Source: Hydrolagus colliei
Lineage: Eukaryota
Length of the DNA stretch: 64,000 nucleotides
Direction of reading: 5' to 3'
Assembly: GCA_035084275.1 (NCBI GenBank)
Contig: CM068761.1
Coordinates: 9,238,001 to 9,302,000, forward strand
The position numbers were made by a program, and so were the translations under genes. Below, one piece after another: positions 50,201 through 62,486 of this stretch (positions are counted from its first letter, which is position 1; every line of letters begins with the position of its first letter). The notes under the pieces are model-generated. The model searched no databases, had not been told where the DNA came from, and was given only the letters and a program-made list of their open reading frames with translations.

Positions 50201-52454
50201 AGGCCAGGCCTTCAGTTTTTCTTCTCCGACCCTATGGAATTCCATCCCCCAATCCCTCCGTCTCGTTTCTTCCCTTTCCTCTTTCAAGGCCGGTTTGAAG
50301 ACTTTCTTCTTCGACCCTTTTGTTCCACCCAGAATTTTTCGACCTCCCCTATGTGTTTCACCCCTTCCCAAACACTCCCCTCCCAGCTCGGGTCACACGC
50401 CTCCTGTGCAGCGCCTTGGGACGTCCTCCCGACGTGAAAGGCGCTTTATAAGTGTAATTTGTTGTTGTTGTTGTTTCAAATAATACTTTCTGCTATAAGT
50501 GCTATTCTGTTATAAGAATGCTAGATATTTATTTCCAGGATCACAGTTCGGGTGCTTAGCAATAATTAATTACCAGAGTCAAAGGATTTTGATCATATTT
50601 CGTAAGAATGCATGTTCCTCTATCTGCTTCTCATCCATGGCAGAGAACTACAACGGCAACTTGCTCAAACAGAGCACTTTCACAGAGCTCGTGAGAATGG
50701 CATTTTGCAGCTTTTTCAATGTTGAAAATTATTAAATAGTTTAACTTTGGTTCCGGAAGAATAATAATATAATAATCCTTGAATTTGATAGAGCGCTTTT
50801 ATACGTCTTCTAGACATGTCAAAGCGCTTCACATAATATACTGTAAAATGAATTGACTGTATATTTGTGGGCAAAATGCAGCAGCCAATTGCTCGCAGCA
50901 GTGTCCCACAAACAGTCGTGGATTGAAATGACCAATTTTATTATTGCGTTTTATTTTGGAGGGATTATTATTATGTGTGTGGAGTAAGGAAACTTGCCCA
51001 AGGTTTCGCCCTGACCTACCTGGATTCGAACACAGGTCTCATGCTTGTTTGTAAAGCGAGTGCTCTAACTGCTGGGCTACAGGACTCCGATACAGAATGC
51101 TCAAGTTAACTATAGAAAATTCACTTTTTCATCAGATATTGGAGTGTGCTTTAACGCTAGTCCTGCTGATTAAGAGTTGACTTATACATGAAGGGCAATA
51201 GTTGCTTCCTGATCAAACCATGGATCTGTCTTTCATTCCATTGCATCATAGGATTTTCTTGTTGATCGCACTGCCTCAGTTATCCACTGGATTGGACTCA
51301 CTGATTTGAACTCTAAAGGCATGTGGCTTTGGGAAGATGGTACTAATTATTCAAGTACTCCAAAGTGAGTTTCTGCAAGCTGGCGTATTGTATCATTGTG
51401 AGGCTTGTCGTTTTGTTTTGTCAGCTGGGGGCTGATACATGTGGAAATCCGTTCAGTGTATCCAAACCAAACTGAGAGTTGTATCCCACTAACATATTTA
51501 AATTATAGTGATTAATTTTGGGAATTGAACCCACACTCTCTCCCTGGGGGACACATTCTGTTTACCTAATTCTGGAAAGTATTAGCCAGAGGTTGGTAAA
51601 ACCCAAGGTACATTCTTGATGAAGATATTGAATAGGGTGGACGAGAATAGGTATACTTGCCTTAACACCACAGCCACCCACACCACCCGCCACCCCCCAC
51701 CCCCCACCCCCCATCCACTTCCTGGAGCGATGAGCTCAGTCCATTTGCAGTACTGGGTTTACATTGCAAATAATATCCAAGATTTGACAATATATTTCCA
51801 AGGCTTCCAGGTTCATCATGAGGCACAAGGTCTTGGGAAAATCGTTCAACACAACATCGGTGGATTTCCTCTTAGCCTTACAATGCTCTGAAATCTCTTA
51901 CAAAGGCATAACCTGTCTTTCCTACACATTCCTCCCCAAAACAGAAGCCAGCCTGCTTCTTTCTGATCCAGGATGGACCATTTATCTTGTTATTACCAGC
52001 AGTAAACACGGCATACAAAAACCCAAAGTGAAAGTTTCCTTGCAGAATCTAAGCAACAAACTAAGGCTTTGTTCATAGTCACTCAAAATACTAAAGATGG
52101 ATGCAGGAAACTCAGCAATAGTGTATGTGCATGGGAGGGTGAGGCAGGACATGCTCCTTAATCGTTATTGTTAATGTGACTATCCCCATCACCCCCATCC
52201 ACTCCATACCCCCCCACCCCCCACCCCCCTCACACCAATCCACCCCCATGCCCCCGCTCCCATGATGACTGTTCTAATCGTGCAAAATATGTAAAATAAC
52301 ACGATTCTTGTATGTGGTTAGGTTTTGGATACCAGGTCAGCCAGATAATCACTTGGAGTCCGAACATTGTGCGAATTTACACTTCGCCGGGTTGTGGAAT
52401 GACGATTCATGCAGCACGCCATATAGATGGATTTGTGAAAAGAAACTCGATTAA
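41221..52454 (+). CDS. Type II transmembrane C-type lectin (ASGR/CLEC4/CD209-like group), predicted 267 aa
   Basis: Eight phase-compatible GT-AG exons: 41221-41299, 41405-41539 ([21 protein letters not shown]), 41904-41984, 43474-43506, 46421-46504 (neck), 48475-48620 ([14 protein letters not shown]), 51252-51364 (HWIGLTD), 52322-52454 ([17 protein letters not shown]...WICEK*). Total 804 nt with no internal stop. The acceptor at 48475 is weak, and exons could be hidden in the N gap. Confidence 0.88.
45400..45659. other. Assembly gap (260 N) in a lectin intron
   Basis: Run of N seen directly. Confidence 1.
46745..46975 (-). mobile_element. DeuSINE/SacSINE1-like fragment
   Basis: atgccatgggatc..tgtccacct..ggcagac..aatgcagcactccc..ctgcagtgaagtgtca resembles the reverse complement of the recalled DeuSINE core. 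Confidence 0.55.
47242..47567 (+). mobile_element. tRNA-derived SINE
   Basis: ggagtcctgtagctcagtg head, B-box-like gtttgattcc, (ATT)n tail; preceded by an L2 3' fragment on - (about 47005-47225). Confidence 0.88.
48897..50475 (+). mobile_element. L2 LINE (RT domain to 3' end), young family
   Basis: [23 protein letters not shown] 49485..50483 (YADDTQLY), (TTG)n tail. Confidence 0.96.
50759..51088 (-). mobile_element. tRNA-derived SINE
   Basis: The reverse complement has head ggagtcctgtagccc, B box gttcgaatcc and an (ATT)n tail. Confidence 0.9.
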
Positions 52455-53109
52455 CAGAAAATAAGGAAAATCTATTAAAAGTAAAATAATCAATGAAATC
52501 AATAAGTAAACATTATATGTAACATCTGCGACAAATTTTATATTAGCTTTTACAAGATTACTAACTTACTGTTTGAAGCACATTGCTGTGGTCAAATTAA
52601 CTGTCCAGCTGGCTGGTAAATGAACAGTCACTGCAGTTGACTGTAATTTCCTGTGAAGCACTTAAAGATGTTGCTACAGGTGTTATATAAAATGCAAAGA
52701 TTACTATGGGAATATTATCACTGATTGCAAATTGCTGACTGATTGAACTTGATTCCGTTCGGTTCATATGCTTATTAATTATGAATCCCGTAATAATTTA
52801 TGAACACATTATTTTGTACTAATGTTAAGTGCTTAAAATGATTGAAGTAAAAATCTATTTCAAAACAATGCATGTCAGTTTAAAATGAGTCAAACAGAAT
52901 ATTTTCCACCCGAACTTTTTTAGATTTTTTATACTCAGTTTGGGAAATTGCAATTAATTTAAATGTTTGAATCATAACCAGATGTGTATGTTTCTGTTTT
53001 CTAAATTGGATTACTGCTTATTTGCACTTATTTGAACTTCCTCTGTCCCTTCTGACCAATTTGTGAGTAGAGGAGTTAATAAAGGTTGAGAGACAACACA
53101 AACACACAA

Positions 53110-53350
53110 GTGAGAGAGAGAAGGGGTTGAGAGACAGGGCAAAGAGACGGGGAGGGAGGGTGGAAGGAGAGGGGGAGTGGAGAAAGGGAGAGAGGTAGAT
53201 GCGAGTGGGAGAGAGGGCGGTTGACAACGAGGGGGAGCAGTAACTAGAGAGGAGAGAAGGGAAGGAAAGGAATGGGGGAGAGGGGGAGGAAAGGAATGTG
53301 GAGACAGAAGAGAGAGGGGTGGGGGGGAAAGGGAGAGAGAGAGTTGGGAC
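53110..53350. repeat. Purine-rich (GA/GGA) low-complexity tract
   Basis: Seen directly; explains the Pro/Ser/Leu-rich ORF 53011..53385. Confidence 0.85.
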
Positions 53351-53629
53351 GGGACACAGATGCGAAATGAGGAAGCAGGAAACACACCCTTAAGCCCAGC
53401 TGGAGAGGAACCGATAGCAGGGGCTGCGCTGGGAGATAGTCAGTTAGACTGTTTTTTTGGACCCACAACTCTATTCTAATTGTTTTAGTGAGCCTGAGTC
53501 AACAGCAGTATCGCTCTCATTTTAAGCCTTGTCCTTAATAATCTGACCGATGGGTGGTCAATCTGACTTGTGGATGCTCCACAAGCGACAAACTGAAGAT
53601 GAATTATAGAAAAATAAACCACCACCAAT

Positions 53630-56600
53630 AACAACAACAACAAAATTGCACTTATAAAGCGCCTTTCATGTCGGGAGGACGTCCCAAAGGGCTGAACAGT
53701 CAGGATGGGACCCAAGCGGGGTGGGGGTGGTTCGGGGTGGGGGGAAGGAGAGAGGGAAGACTTAGTGGGGGAGCCGAAGGCGGGGTCGAAGAGGAAGGTC
53801 TTGAGACCGGCCTTGAAGAAGGAATGGGAGGAAGCAAGGCAGATGGGCTGCGGGAAGGAGTTCCACAGTGTGTGAGCAGAGAGGTGAAAGCCCAGCTGCT
53901 GATGGTTGGGCGGTTAGGGTGGTGGACGCGGAGCAGGCCTGAGTCTGCTGAACGGAGGGGGAAAGCAGGCTGATAGGGATACAGCAGGTCAGAGAGATAG
54001 TCGGGGGCAAAGCCATAAATGGCCTTGAAGGTGAGGATGAGGATCTTGAATTCAATCCTTGGGGGATGGGAAGCCAGTGGAGATGGGCAAGGGTGGGAGT
54101 GATGTGGTCGCGCAGCGTAGTGTGGGAGAGTATAAGAGCTGGAGCTGCAGAGTTTGGAATGTTCTGGGAGGAGCTGGGAAGGCTGTCGAGAAGAGAGTTC
54201 CCGTAGTCGAGCCTAGATGTGACGAAGGCATGTATAAGTGTGTCAGCGGCATGTGGGCTGAGGTAGTGGTGGAGTCTGGCAATATTGCGGAGGTGGTGGA
54301 AAGCTGTACCAGTCATGGAGCGGATATGAGGAAGGAAGGACAATTCGGGGTCAAACAAGACGCCCAGATTCCTGACTGGCTTCCAGAGGTGGAGAGAGCA
54401 GCCTTGAATGCTGATGTTGTCAGCGCCTGAGGTGTGGAGGTTCCTACGCGAGCCTATCAGGAGGGCCTCGGTCTCGTTGACATTGAGTTGGAGGAAGTTG
54501 GCCCTCGTCCAGGACTCAATGTTGGACAGACAACAACAACTTGCATTTATCCACCCTTCCCACAGGGTAGCGTCTGGGAGCACTTTATCCAAACTTAAAT
54601 CCAAACCACTATATAGCTATTCAATGTCGGTTTGATTTCAGATTATAATTTGTGCACGTCGTACACTATTCTAATTTAAATAATTTCAGCTATTTTGCCC
54701 TCCGTTGCCTCCCTCCCCCACACACACACCCCACCCTCTCCCATTGCTCAGGCTCCCATTCTATCTCTATGAAGTGCTGTAACAAGTTGTCCTATTTCAT
54801 AATTGCAAGCTGTTCCTCTTGTTGTTTTTATGATGACTGCTCTGGATGCTTATATGCTGCAAATTTAATTATTGTCAACAGAAATATCCAAGCCAAATGT
54901 GACAACTGTGGTTTACCACAAGGGGGCGCTGTTTACTGGCAATGCTTGACGATTTCAGATGACACATGAAACAATGTGTTAAAATCCAGGGTAGACATCC
55001 CAGAATAACAACAACACTAACAAAATTACACTAGTATAGGGCCTTTCACGTCAGGAGGACGTTCCAAGGCGCTGGACAGTCACTGTCAGGCCCGAGCTGG
55101 GGACAGGAGGTGGAGAGAAGATGGTGATTTGTTGATTAGGAGTTGCCGATGGGACCATCGAAGAGGAGAGTCTTGAGGCGGGACTTGACGGAGGCCAGGG
55201 AAGGGGTGAGGCGGAGGGACTGCGGTACGGAGTTCCAGAGATTGGGGGGCAGAGTGGCTAAAGGCTCGCCCACCAATGGTGGGGTGGATGGGTTGGGGGA
55301 CATGGAGCAGAGGGGGCGGGCAGGTTGGTAAGGGTTAGAAGGTCGCTGATGTAGGGTGAGGTGAGATTGTGGAGGGCTTTAAACAACAACAATATGTATC
55401 TACATTGCGCCAGTCATACAAGGTAGCATCGCAGAGCACTTGACAGTGGCCGAGCATGAGGCAAGGGGAGCAACAACAATAACAAATTACATGTAAAGAG
55501 CGCCATTCATGTCAGGAGGACGTCTCAAAGCGTTGAACAGTCAGGGGTTGGGACCCGAGCAAGGGGAAGGGGCAGAGTGGAGTGGAAGGAGAGTATTTTC
55601 CCTCACATCTGGTCCCTCACCAGCACCACTTTCTTCCACCTCCATCAGATCGCCCATGTCCACCAATATCTCGCCCCCAAAGCCGCTGAAACACTGGTCC
55701 ACTCGTTTGTCACCTCTCGGCTGGACTATTCCAATGCCCTCCTCGCTGGTCTCCCCTCCACCACAATCCATCAAATCTAGAGAGAAAGTAAGGTGCTTTG
55801 TTAAGTGGGACTCAAACTAGGCTAATGCAGTCCCATTAAGGTGGATGAGGGAGGTGAGGCAGTGGATAAAGATGGCATGATCAACTGTCGAATATGGTAG
55901 AAAGGTCCAAGATGTCGAGGAGCAGAGAGACCCCTGGTTATGGAAAGTGAGACCTTGTTAATGACAAGGACAGAATGGCTTGCATTTATGTCGTCCACGC
56001 GGGATAGCATCTCAGAGTGCCGACAACAACAGCAACAACAAAATTGCATTTATAGAGCACCTTTCACATCGGGGGGAATATCCCAAGATGCTGAACAATC
56101 AGGGGGTCAGGATCCAAGCATGGCTGAGGGGCAGGGCAGGTGGAGAGAGGTGGGTGGGCACGATCGAAAAAGAGACTGGCCTTCAAGAATTCAAGGCAAA
56201 TGGACTGTGAGATGGAGTTCCAGAGTATGGGGGCAGAGGCGCTGAGTGCCCAGCCACCAATGGTAGGGTGCGTCGGGCGGGAGACATGGAGTAGACTGGA
56301 GCCTGCTGAACGGAGGTGGTGGGCAGGATGGTAGGGAGTCAGCAGGTCAGAGAGTTAGGAAGCTTAGACTTTGACCTTGACAATCAATATCTCTGCTGTG
56401 GGCGGTGTGGAAATCAGACTGGAAGGGCTTGAGGGAGGGAGAGGTGAGAGCAAAGCTGGTTAGCGACAATGCATTCCAGAGCTTTTGCAAGGAGGGCAGG
56501 TTGGTATCAGATGGGACTGAAATTTATATTGGTTTGTGGGTCAATGGTATTTTTTTTAGGGAAATGATGACAGTGGTTTTAAGAGGAAAATGAACAGAAT

Positions 56601-56900
56601 CTGAGGGAGCAACTGGTTGACTGTGTCAGCTAGCTGTGGGGAGAGGAAGGGTGACCAGCAATGGGTGGGGAGGGGCTGCATGCAGTGGGTGGTGGGCTTC
56701 ATCTGGGAGATGGTGGTTGAGAAGAAGGTGAAAGTGATCCGAGCAATAGATTGTAGGGGTGGGGGGTGGGGCATGGTAGGGGCCATCATGGAAGTGGAGG
56801 ATGATGTAGACAGTATGAGTGGGGTTCAGAGGAGATGATGGATGGTGGAGAGCAGTGCCTTTGGGTTGCTTTTGGCTCCAAAATGGTTTGGGAATAAACA
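53630..56900 (-). mobile_element. Cluster of L2 fragments, mostly minus strand
   Basis: ORF 53762..54604 ([18 protein letters not shown]) and several (CAA)n-tailed 3' ends (53630, 54530, 55010, 55475, 56030). Confidence 0.85.
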
Positions 56901-56929
56901 ACAGTTTGGGGCTTGGGAGAGGGAGAAGT

Positions 56930-57482
56930 AGGAGCCCTACAGCTCAGTGGTTACAGTGGTTATTCCATGCACCTAATAATCTATAATAAATTGGTCATTT
57001 CAATCCACGATCGTGGAGCTCCTGTGGCTCAGTGGTTAGAGCACTTGTCTTGCAAGCTGGGGAGACCAAAGTGGGGAGACCTGTGTTCGAATCCAGGCAG
57101 GTCAGGGCGAAACCTTGGGCAAGTTTCCTTACTCCACACGCCTAATAATAATCCGTCCAAAAAAAACACAATAAAATTGGTCATTTCAATCCACGACTGT
57201 TTGTGGGGACGCTGCTGTGCGCAATTGGCTGCTGCGATTCGCCCACAAATATACAGCCAATTCCCTTTACAGTATATTCTGTGAAGCGCTTTGGGACGTC
57301 AATAAGATGTGAACAGCGCTATATCACATGTAAGGATTATTATTATTATTACGACTGTTTGTGGGAGACTGCTGTGCACAATTAGTTGCTGCATTTTGCC
57401 TACATATTTACAGTATATTCTGTGAAGTGCTTCAAGACATCTAGAGGATGTGAAAAGCGCCATATCAAATGCAAGGATTAAG
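56930..57482 (+). mobile_element. Nested tRNA-SINEs (inner about 57011-57350 inside outer 56930-57482)
   Basis: The outer SINE motif caatccacga|ctgtttgtggga is split, and ACGA is duplicated at 57007-57010 and 57351-57354. Confidence 0.85.
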
Positions 57483-58113
57483 TAATAGATGAGGAGCTCC
57501 TCAAGCCACAGCTGGCGGTGGATAAATCAAATTAGCCAAAATTGCATGTTGATATTTTCTGTTTCCATATCCAGTTAATGTAACTATAAATGAGAAATTG
57601 AAGCTAAAATTTAATTGCATAAACAAGAACTGAATTATATTTGTAAAATTACAAGTTAGTCGACAAAATCCATTCAGAATATTGTCCTCCTGATGTGAAA
57701 GGCGCTATACAAGTGTAATGTTGTTGTATGTATGCTTCTTGTTCTGAAATTCTTTTTATTAAAATGTGGCTAAATACTGTATAATAGAAATATAGTCTTA
57801 CTGGATAAAAAACACAATTGTGCTCAATATTCAAACTTGGATAGGACTCAGACCTGTTTATGTCTAACTTTAGTTTCATTGATCAATATATAGTATGAAA
57901 TATAGCATAGGATTGGTTCAAAAATATTTTTTAAATTTATTTTGAAATCATGTCGTTACTTACATAGTCCACAAGGGATCTGCGGGTTAATTACTGGCCA
58001 TGGAGCTTCATAAATGGCTTTAGTGCCCCCAAATAAACCCAGTGTTCCCATTGAACTGTAATTTACATGCAGCGCCTATACCAGTTAATGCTTATTAAAG
58101 CATATATAATATA

Positions 58114-58423
58114 TAATAATAATAATCCTTGCATTTGATTTATCGACGTCCCAAAGTGCTTCACAGAATGTACTGTAAAGTGAATTGACTGTATATATTT
58201 GTGGGCGAATCGCGGCAGCCAATTGCGCACAGCAGCGTCCCCACACACAGTCGTGGATTGAAAAAATGACCCAATTTTATTATGATGGTTTTTTGGAGGG
58301 AGTATTATTATTAGGCGTGTGGATTATTCGTCCTGACCTGCCTGGATTCGAACACAGATCTCCCCACTTCGGTCTCCCCAGCTTGCAAGACAAGTGCACT
58401 AACCACCGAGCCACAGGAGCTCC
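58114..58423 (-). mobile_element. tRNA-derived SINE
   Basis: The reverse complement is nearly the same as the inner SINE at 57015 (ggagctcctgtggctc...gttcgaatcc). Confidence 0.9.
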
Positions 58424-59409
58424 TGGCCCGGGTAGACAGGGTATGTTGTTATGTGAGAAGGCCTGGGTGACACACTCGCCTCCAGAGAGCAGCTAGTTGC
58501 TGCTGGAAGTTTCCCATGTGCCGCGATGAAAGACGAGTTTATAGGTCACCACCTGGACCCACAGCCCAAAGCCAATTCGCTAATTCGCCCAACAATCAAA
58601 CACACGCATTTTCTCTTTACCAGGTAATTCCAGCAGAAACGCGTCTCCCCCATTCACCAGCCTTGCCTCGGCGAGTATCTCATACAGTACGCGGGGAACT
58701 TACAGACATTCCCAGCAGGTTTCAAAATATCATGTTCAATATCAGAAAGAGTCTGTAGAATTAAGAATAATTTGAATAACGTCATCTGGAAACTCGAGCA
58801 CTTTTATATAAGTAGTGCAATTTATACAAGTGACAACTGCAGCAATGATAATAATCCGTGTTTCACAATTCACAAATTGTATTCACCTGTGCAGATTATG
58901 TGCAGGACAGAAATCAATGTTTTCTGGGGGGAAATGTACCATGTTTATCTGGTGTTTATCTAAACCTTTTCAGTGTCTGTTTTGGCACCTTTGTGACATC
59001 CTCGCAACACATTTCCGCTGACTTTGTGCGACATTTTCTCATGTCAATTTCCAGCAGTGTTGGTTTATGGTCCACTCAATATATAATATGTTTTATGTAG
59101 ATATATATAATATATAAATACACATGCAGAATTGATTGATGTAACTGTGGTGAGAATCATGATATTGAAATGAATAAACATTTCCCCTTCCAAAAAACTC
59201 ACTGTAAACCACGTCTACATGTTCGGGTAACCAAAGCACTGGGAATTTAATGTAATCGCCGTGACAAAATAAAGTTAATAGCATTAATAGTGCTACATAA
59301 GCCTCAAGTACTATTTCGGTTTTGAATACTGAAGCATAATTAGCGGGGTTTTTAAAAAAAATCGACGTAATCTATGAGTTGCACATGTGTCTGAACCAAT
59401 GTTTCTGTG

Positions 59410-59535
59410 CTGATGAGTGTGAGGAACAATCTCTATTGAACTGATCCCTGAGATTAGGGGGCAAGGCTGAGATAGCTGAACCTGACTGTTTCCCACGTGT
59501 CGATAAACAAAAGAGGTCGTCCGCAGCTGGTGCAT
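59410..59535. promoter_or_regulatory. Candidate Notch/bHLH/Sox enhancer upstream of HES5
   Basis: Perfect CSL site TTCCCACG (59490-59497) overlapping CACGTG, Sox-like AACAAT/AACAAAAG, and E-box CAGCTG (59524-59529), in non-repetitive DNA. Confidence 0.45.
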
Positions 59536-60587
59536 TTCAATAGAGACTAAATCATGTCATTTATCCGGACATAAAACGCCGAACAGTTGGTGAAATGGGT
59601 CTGCTCCACTTCACTGAATTATGGCGCCGCAGAATATTCCCAATGTCCACATTTATATTTACAGGTATGCGTGGACGCGGAGCAGAGTTGGGGATAGTAA
59701 TAACAAGTAATGACAAGCTACTGTGAAATAGATATTTGTATTCGTTTCTATAACACATGATTTTTTTTAATGTATCAATGGAGATGCATTAACGTGTTAA
59801 TCTTTCGTTCGGAATAGCAGTACAATCGCAACATCCTTGCAAATGCAAAGAAATATACAGTTATGTTGAAAATGACATATTTTCATCTTAATTACAAGTT
59901 ACTTGGTAAATAACCGATGGTCATTTTCCCTTCCTTAAAGAAAGCCTTCTGGATACAATAAGAACGAACAAACGATAAATTAGTATTTAGGACATAAAAC
60001 GCTATAAAAGTAACACAGGAAATTGACACTTCACTCAATAAACGCGTGCCTTTTTGGATGTTCTCATCCTATCTACCTCCTTTCTCATCAAAGCTTTCGG
60101 TCACTTTGCTTCCAAGGAACACATTCTCTCGAATCTCTCTGCTGCTAACTTATTCCAAATCAAATCTATTACAATATATATGCGTGCGTGAACAGTTCTA
60201 ACTGGTTTCCTTTCTTGTACCTCATTTCTTACTCTTTTAAAGAAAAATATTGTGTCCCCTGGTGTTTTAAAACGTCATCATTAAATATTGTCTCGTCTAC
60301 TCCACCTCATCTTAAAACCTTACAACGTTTGATCAGTTCACCTCAAAGTCTCTATTGGAAAGAAAATGGCAATTTCCTTAGGATTCCTTCTAATGTAGCC
60401 TATTTAGCTTCCGAAGCAAAATTAATACAGTGTCTTCCATAAGACTAGGTGATTCATATGTAGTATTTGAGGTGGGATTCAGCAAGCAACATGTACAGCA
60501 ATAATCCATCAATCTTGCTACCTGGAAGCACCAGCATGCCTGATGGTTTCATTGATTGAAACCGAATAATACTAAGGATTCAATGAA

Positions 60588-60903
60588 AATCCTGCACCTC
60601 AGTGGTTAAAGCACTCGCCTTGACCCAAGCCAGAGACATGGGTTCATTTCCAGACAGGGTGAAACCTTGGGCAAGTCTCCTTACTCCACTCGCCTAATAA
60701 TAATCCCTCAAAAAAAACAATAAGAAATTAATAATTTCAATCCGACTGTTTGTGGGACGCTACTGTGTGCAATTTTTTGCCACTTTTCGCCCACAAATAC
60801 ACAGTCAATTCACTTTACAGTATATTCTGTGAGGCGCTTTGAGACGTCTAGCAGACGTGAAAAGCACTATATCAAATGCAAGGATTATTATTATTATTAA
60901 TAA
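60588..60903 (+). mobile_element. tRNA-derived SINE
   Basis: ctcagtggttaaagcactcg head, ccttgggcaagt body, (ATT)n tail. Confidence 0.88.
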
Positions 60904-62315
60904 TATCTAAGTATATATGACCTTCATGACTACTGTCAACTATATCACTCATATTTTCAACAAAATTTGGTAAATTGGTGAAACGTTGCTGTGCTTACAT
61001 TGGTTGAAGCGTTTATCCACAAGATGCAGTCACGTCAGTTTACAGTATATCATGTGAAGCTATATCAAAATACTAATTATTAATCTTGTTAAATATAGTA
61101 TCATTACCACTATAATCCATATTTTCTCTTTCTAACCCACGATAACATTTTAAATAAAGTTTGCATTTCCATCTATTCAGCCTCCAGATCTCTCAAACAT
61201 TGTCTGAGGTTTACCATGGAGTTGATGTTAAACTCACGGGCTCGCAAATTCCAAATATTTCTGTTGATTTATTTTAAATAATGGGATAAAGTTAGCAAAT
61301 TCCGAAACCTTAGGAATGTCTTCCTGAATTTATTAAAAGGGCAACACAGCATTAATTGTATTTTCCATTTGCTTAAAGAATCGCGGATTGATGGGGTTTT
61401 GATGATCAGGTATTTAGTTTGGGGTTATTTACAACAGGTGCCTGTGGCATGTTGTTTACAATGTGTTTATTTTCTGTGGTGCCCTGCTAGCGCACACAGA
61501 AGGACACATTCAATTATATCGTCACTCAAAATAGGTTTGAAACGGATTGCAGCAAATTATATTCAATTATGAACACCTTGAGTTTCCAGCAATCTTAAGT
61601 AATATTAAATTGCCAAAGATCAAATGCTAATGGAAATGTATTACAAAACTCTGCAAAAGAAAATCCCGCAATTTTGTCTTATACACAGTATATTTTTAGT
61701 TGGTTTTCAAATAATGTTCTGTATGATTACTAAGCAAGAACACGCTATAGGTCACAATTGAGGCATTCTATTTTATGACTTTTTAAAAATAATAATCATT
61801 TTTTTAAAAAATTGGATTCGTTGGAAATATTCCTACCTATAGATATGTTATAGTTTCCTTCCTATTGGGGGAGGGGTTTGTGCTTAAATCAGAAAATTAC
61901 TGTAGATCACATCTGAAGCATCATCTATATGTTTTTGACTTCCAGATAAATTAATCTTTAAAAAATCGATTTGCTGAGATAAAATATTGGTTTAACATTA
62001 TCGTCCAGAGGAATGATAGGCGGTTAGCGACGCGAGAACATCTGCCGTGAGGAATTCTTGTTTTTCAAGGCAAAATGGAAAGAGTTAAGATGAACCAGGA
62101 GTGCAAGAGCAGCATATTTTCCTCTGTAATAAAATTCTTTGTGCAACAATAACGGGAGGAGCTTTCCCAGGGTCCTGTAACCTCAGTTGAGAGTAATTGC
62201 CTGGGATTTACTCTGTCATACGTGCTGTCCAGATGGTCCTTGGAGACTATCATACAACAAAAGAACGAAAACTGCCATTTAAAAAGAAACGCTTCTCCTA
62301 TTGTTGCTCCCAAGG

Positions 62316-62392
62316 CAATCATTGGCCTCCGAGTGTGGGAAACGCCGAAGGAAACCGGCACACACTTTCTTAATGACAGGAGGAGGTATAAA
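62316..62392 (+). promoter_or_regulatory. HES5 proximal promoter: CCAAT (reverse), CSL/RBPJ site and TATA box
   Basis: ATTGG near 62321, TGTGGGAA at 62334-62341, TATAAA at 62387-62392, about 95 nt before the ATG. Confidence 0.8.
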
Positions 62393-62486
62393 TAGTGGAG
62401 GCGGTCGGCTTGAGTCCACAGAACCACAGCAGGCAAACTCAGCCTCATTCCCTCTTGCATCTTATCCGACAGCACAATCTAAAGGC

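Noticed and set aside
2292-56901. Many long ORFs in the six-frame track (e.g. 2344..3456, 7855..8865, 21217..22173, 36464..37165, 49485..50483, 53762..54604) as host genes
   Set aside because: They are RT/endonuclease pieces of L2 or CR1, or their antisense and alternate frames; they are 5'-truncated or frameshifted.
57015-57095. tRNA gene
   Set aside because: A and B boxes are present, but the sequence continues into the SINE body and (ATT)n tail; it is a tRNA-derived SINE head.
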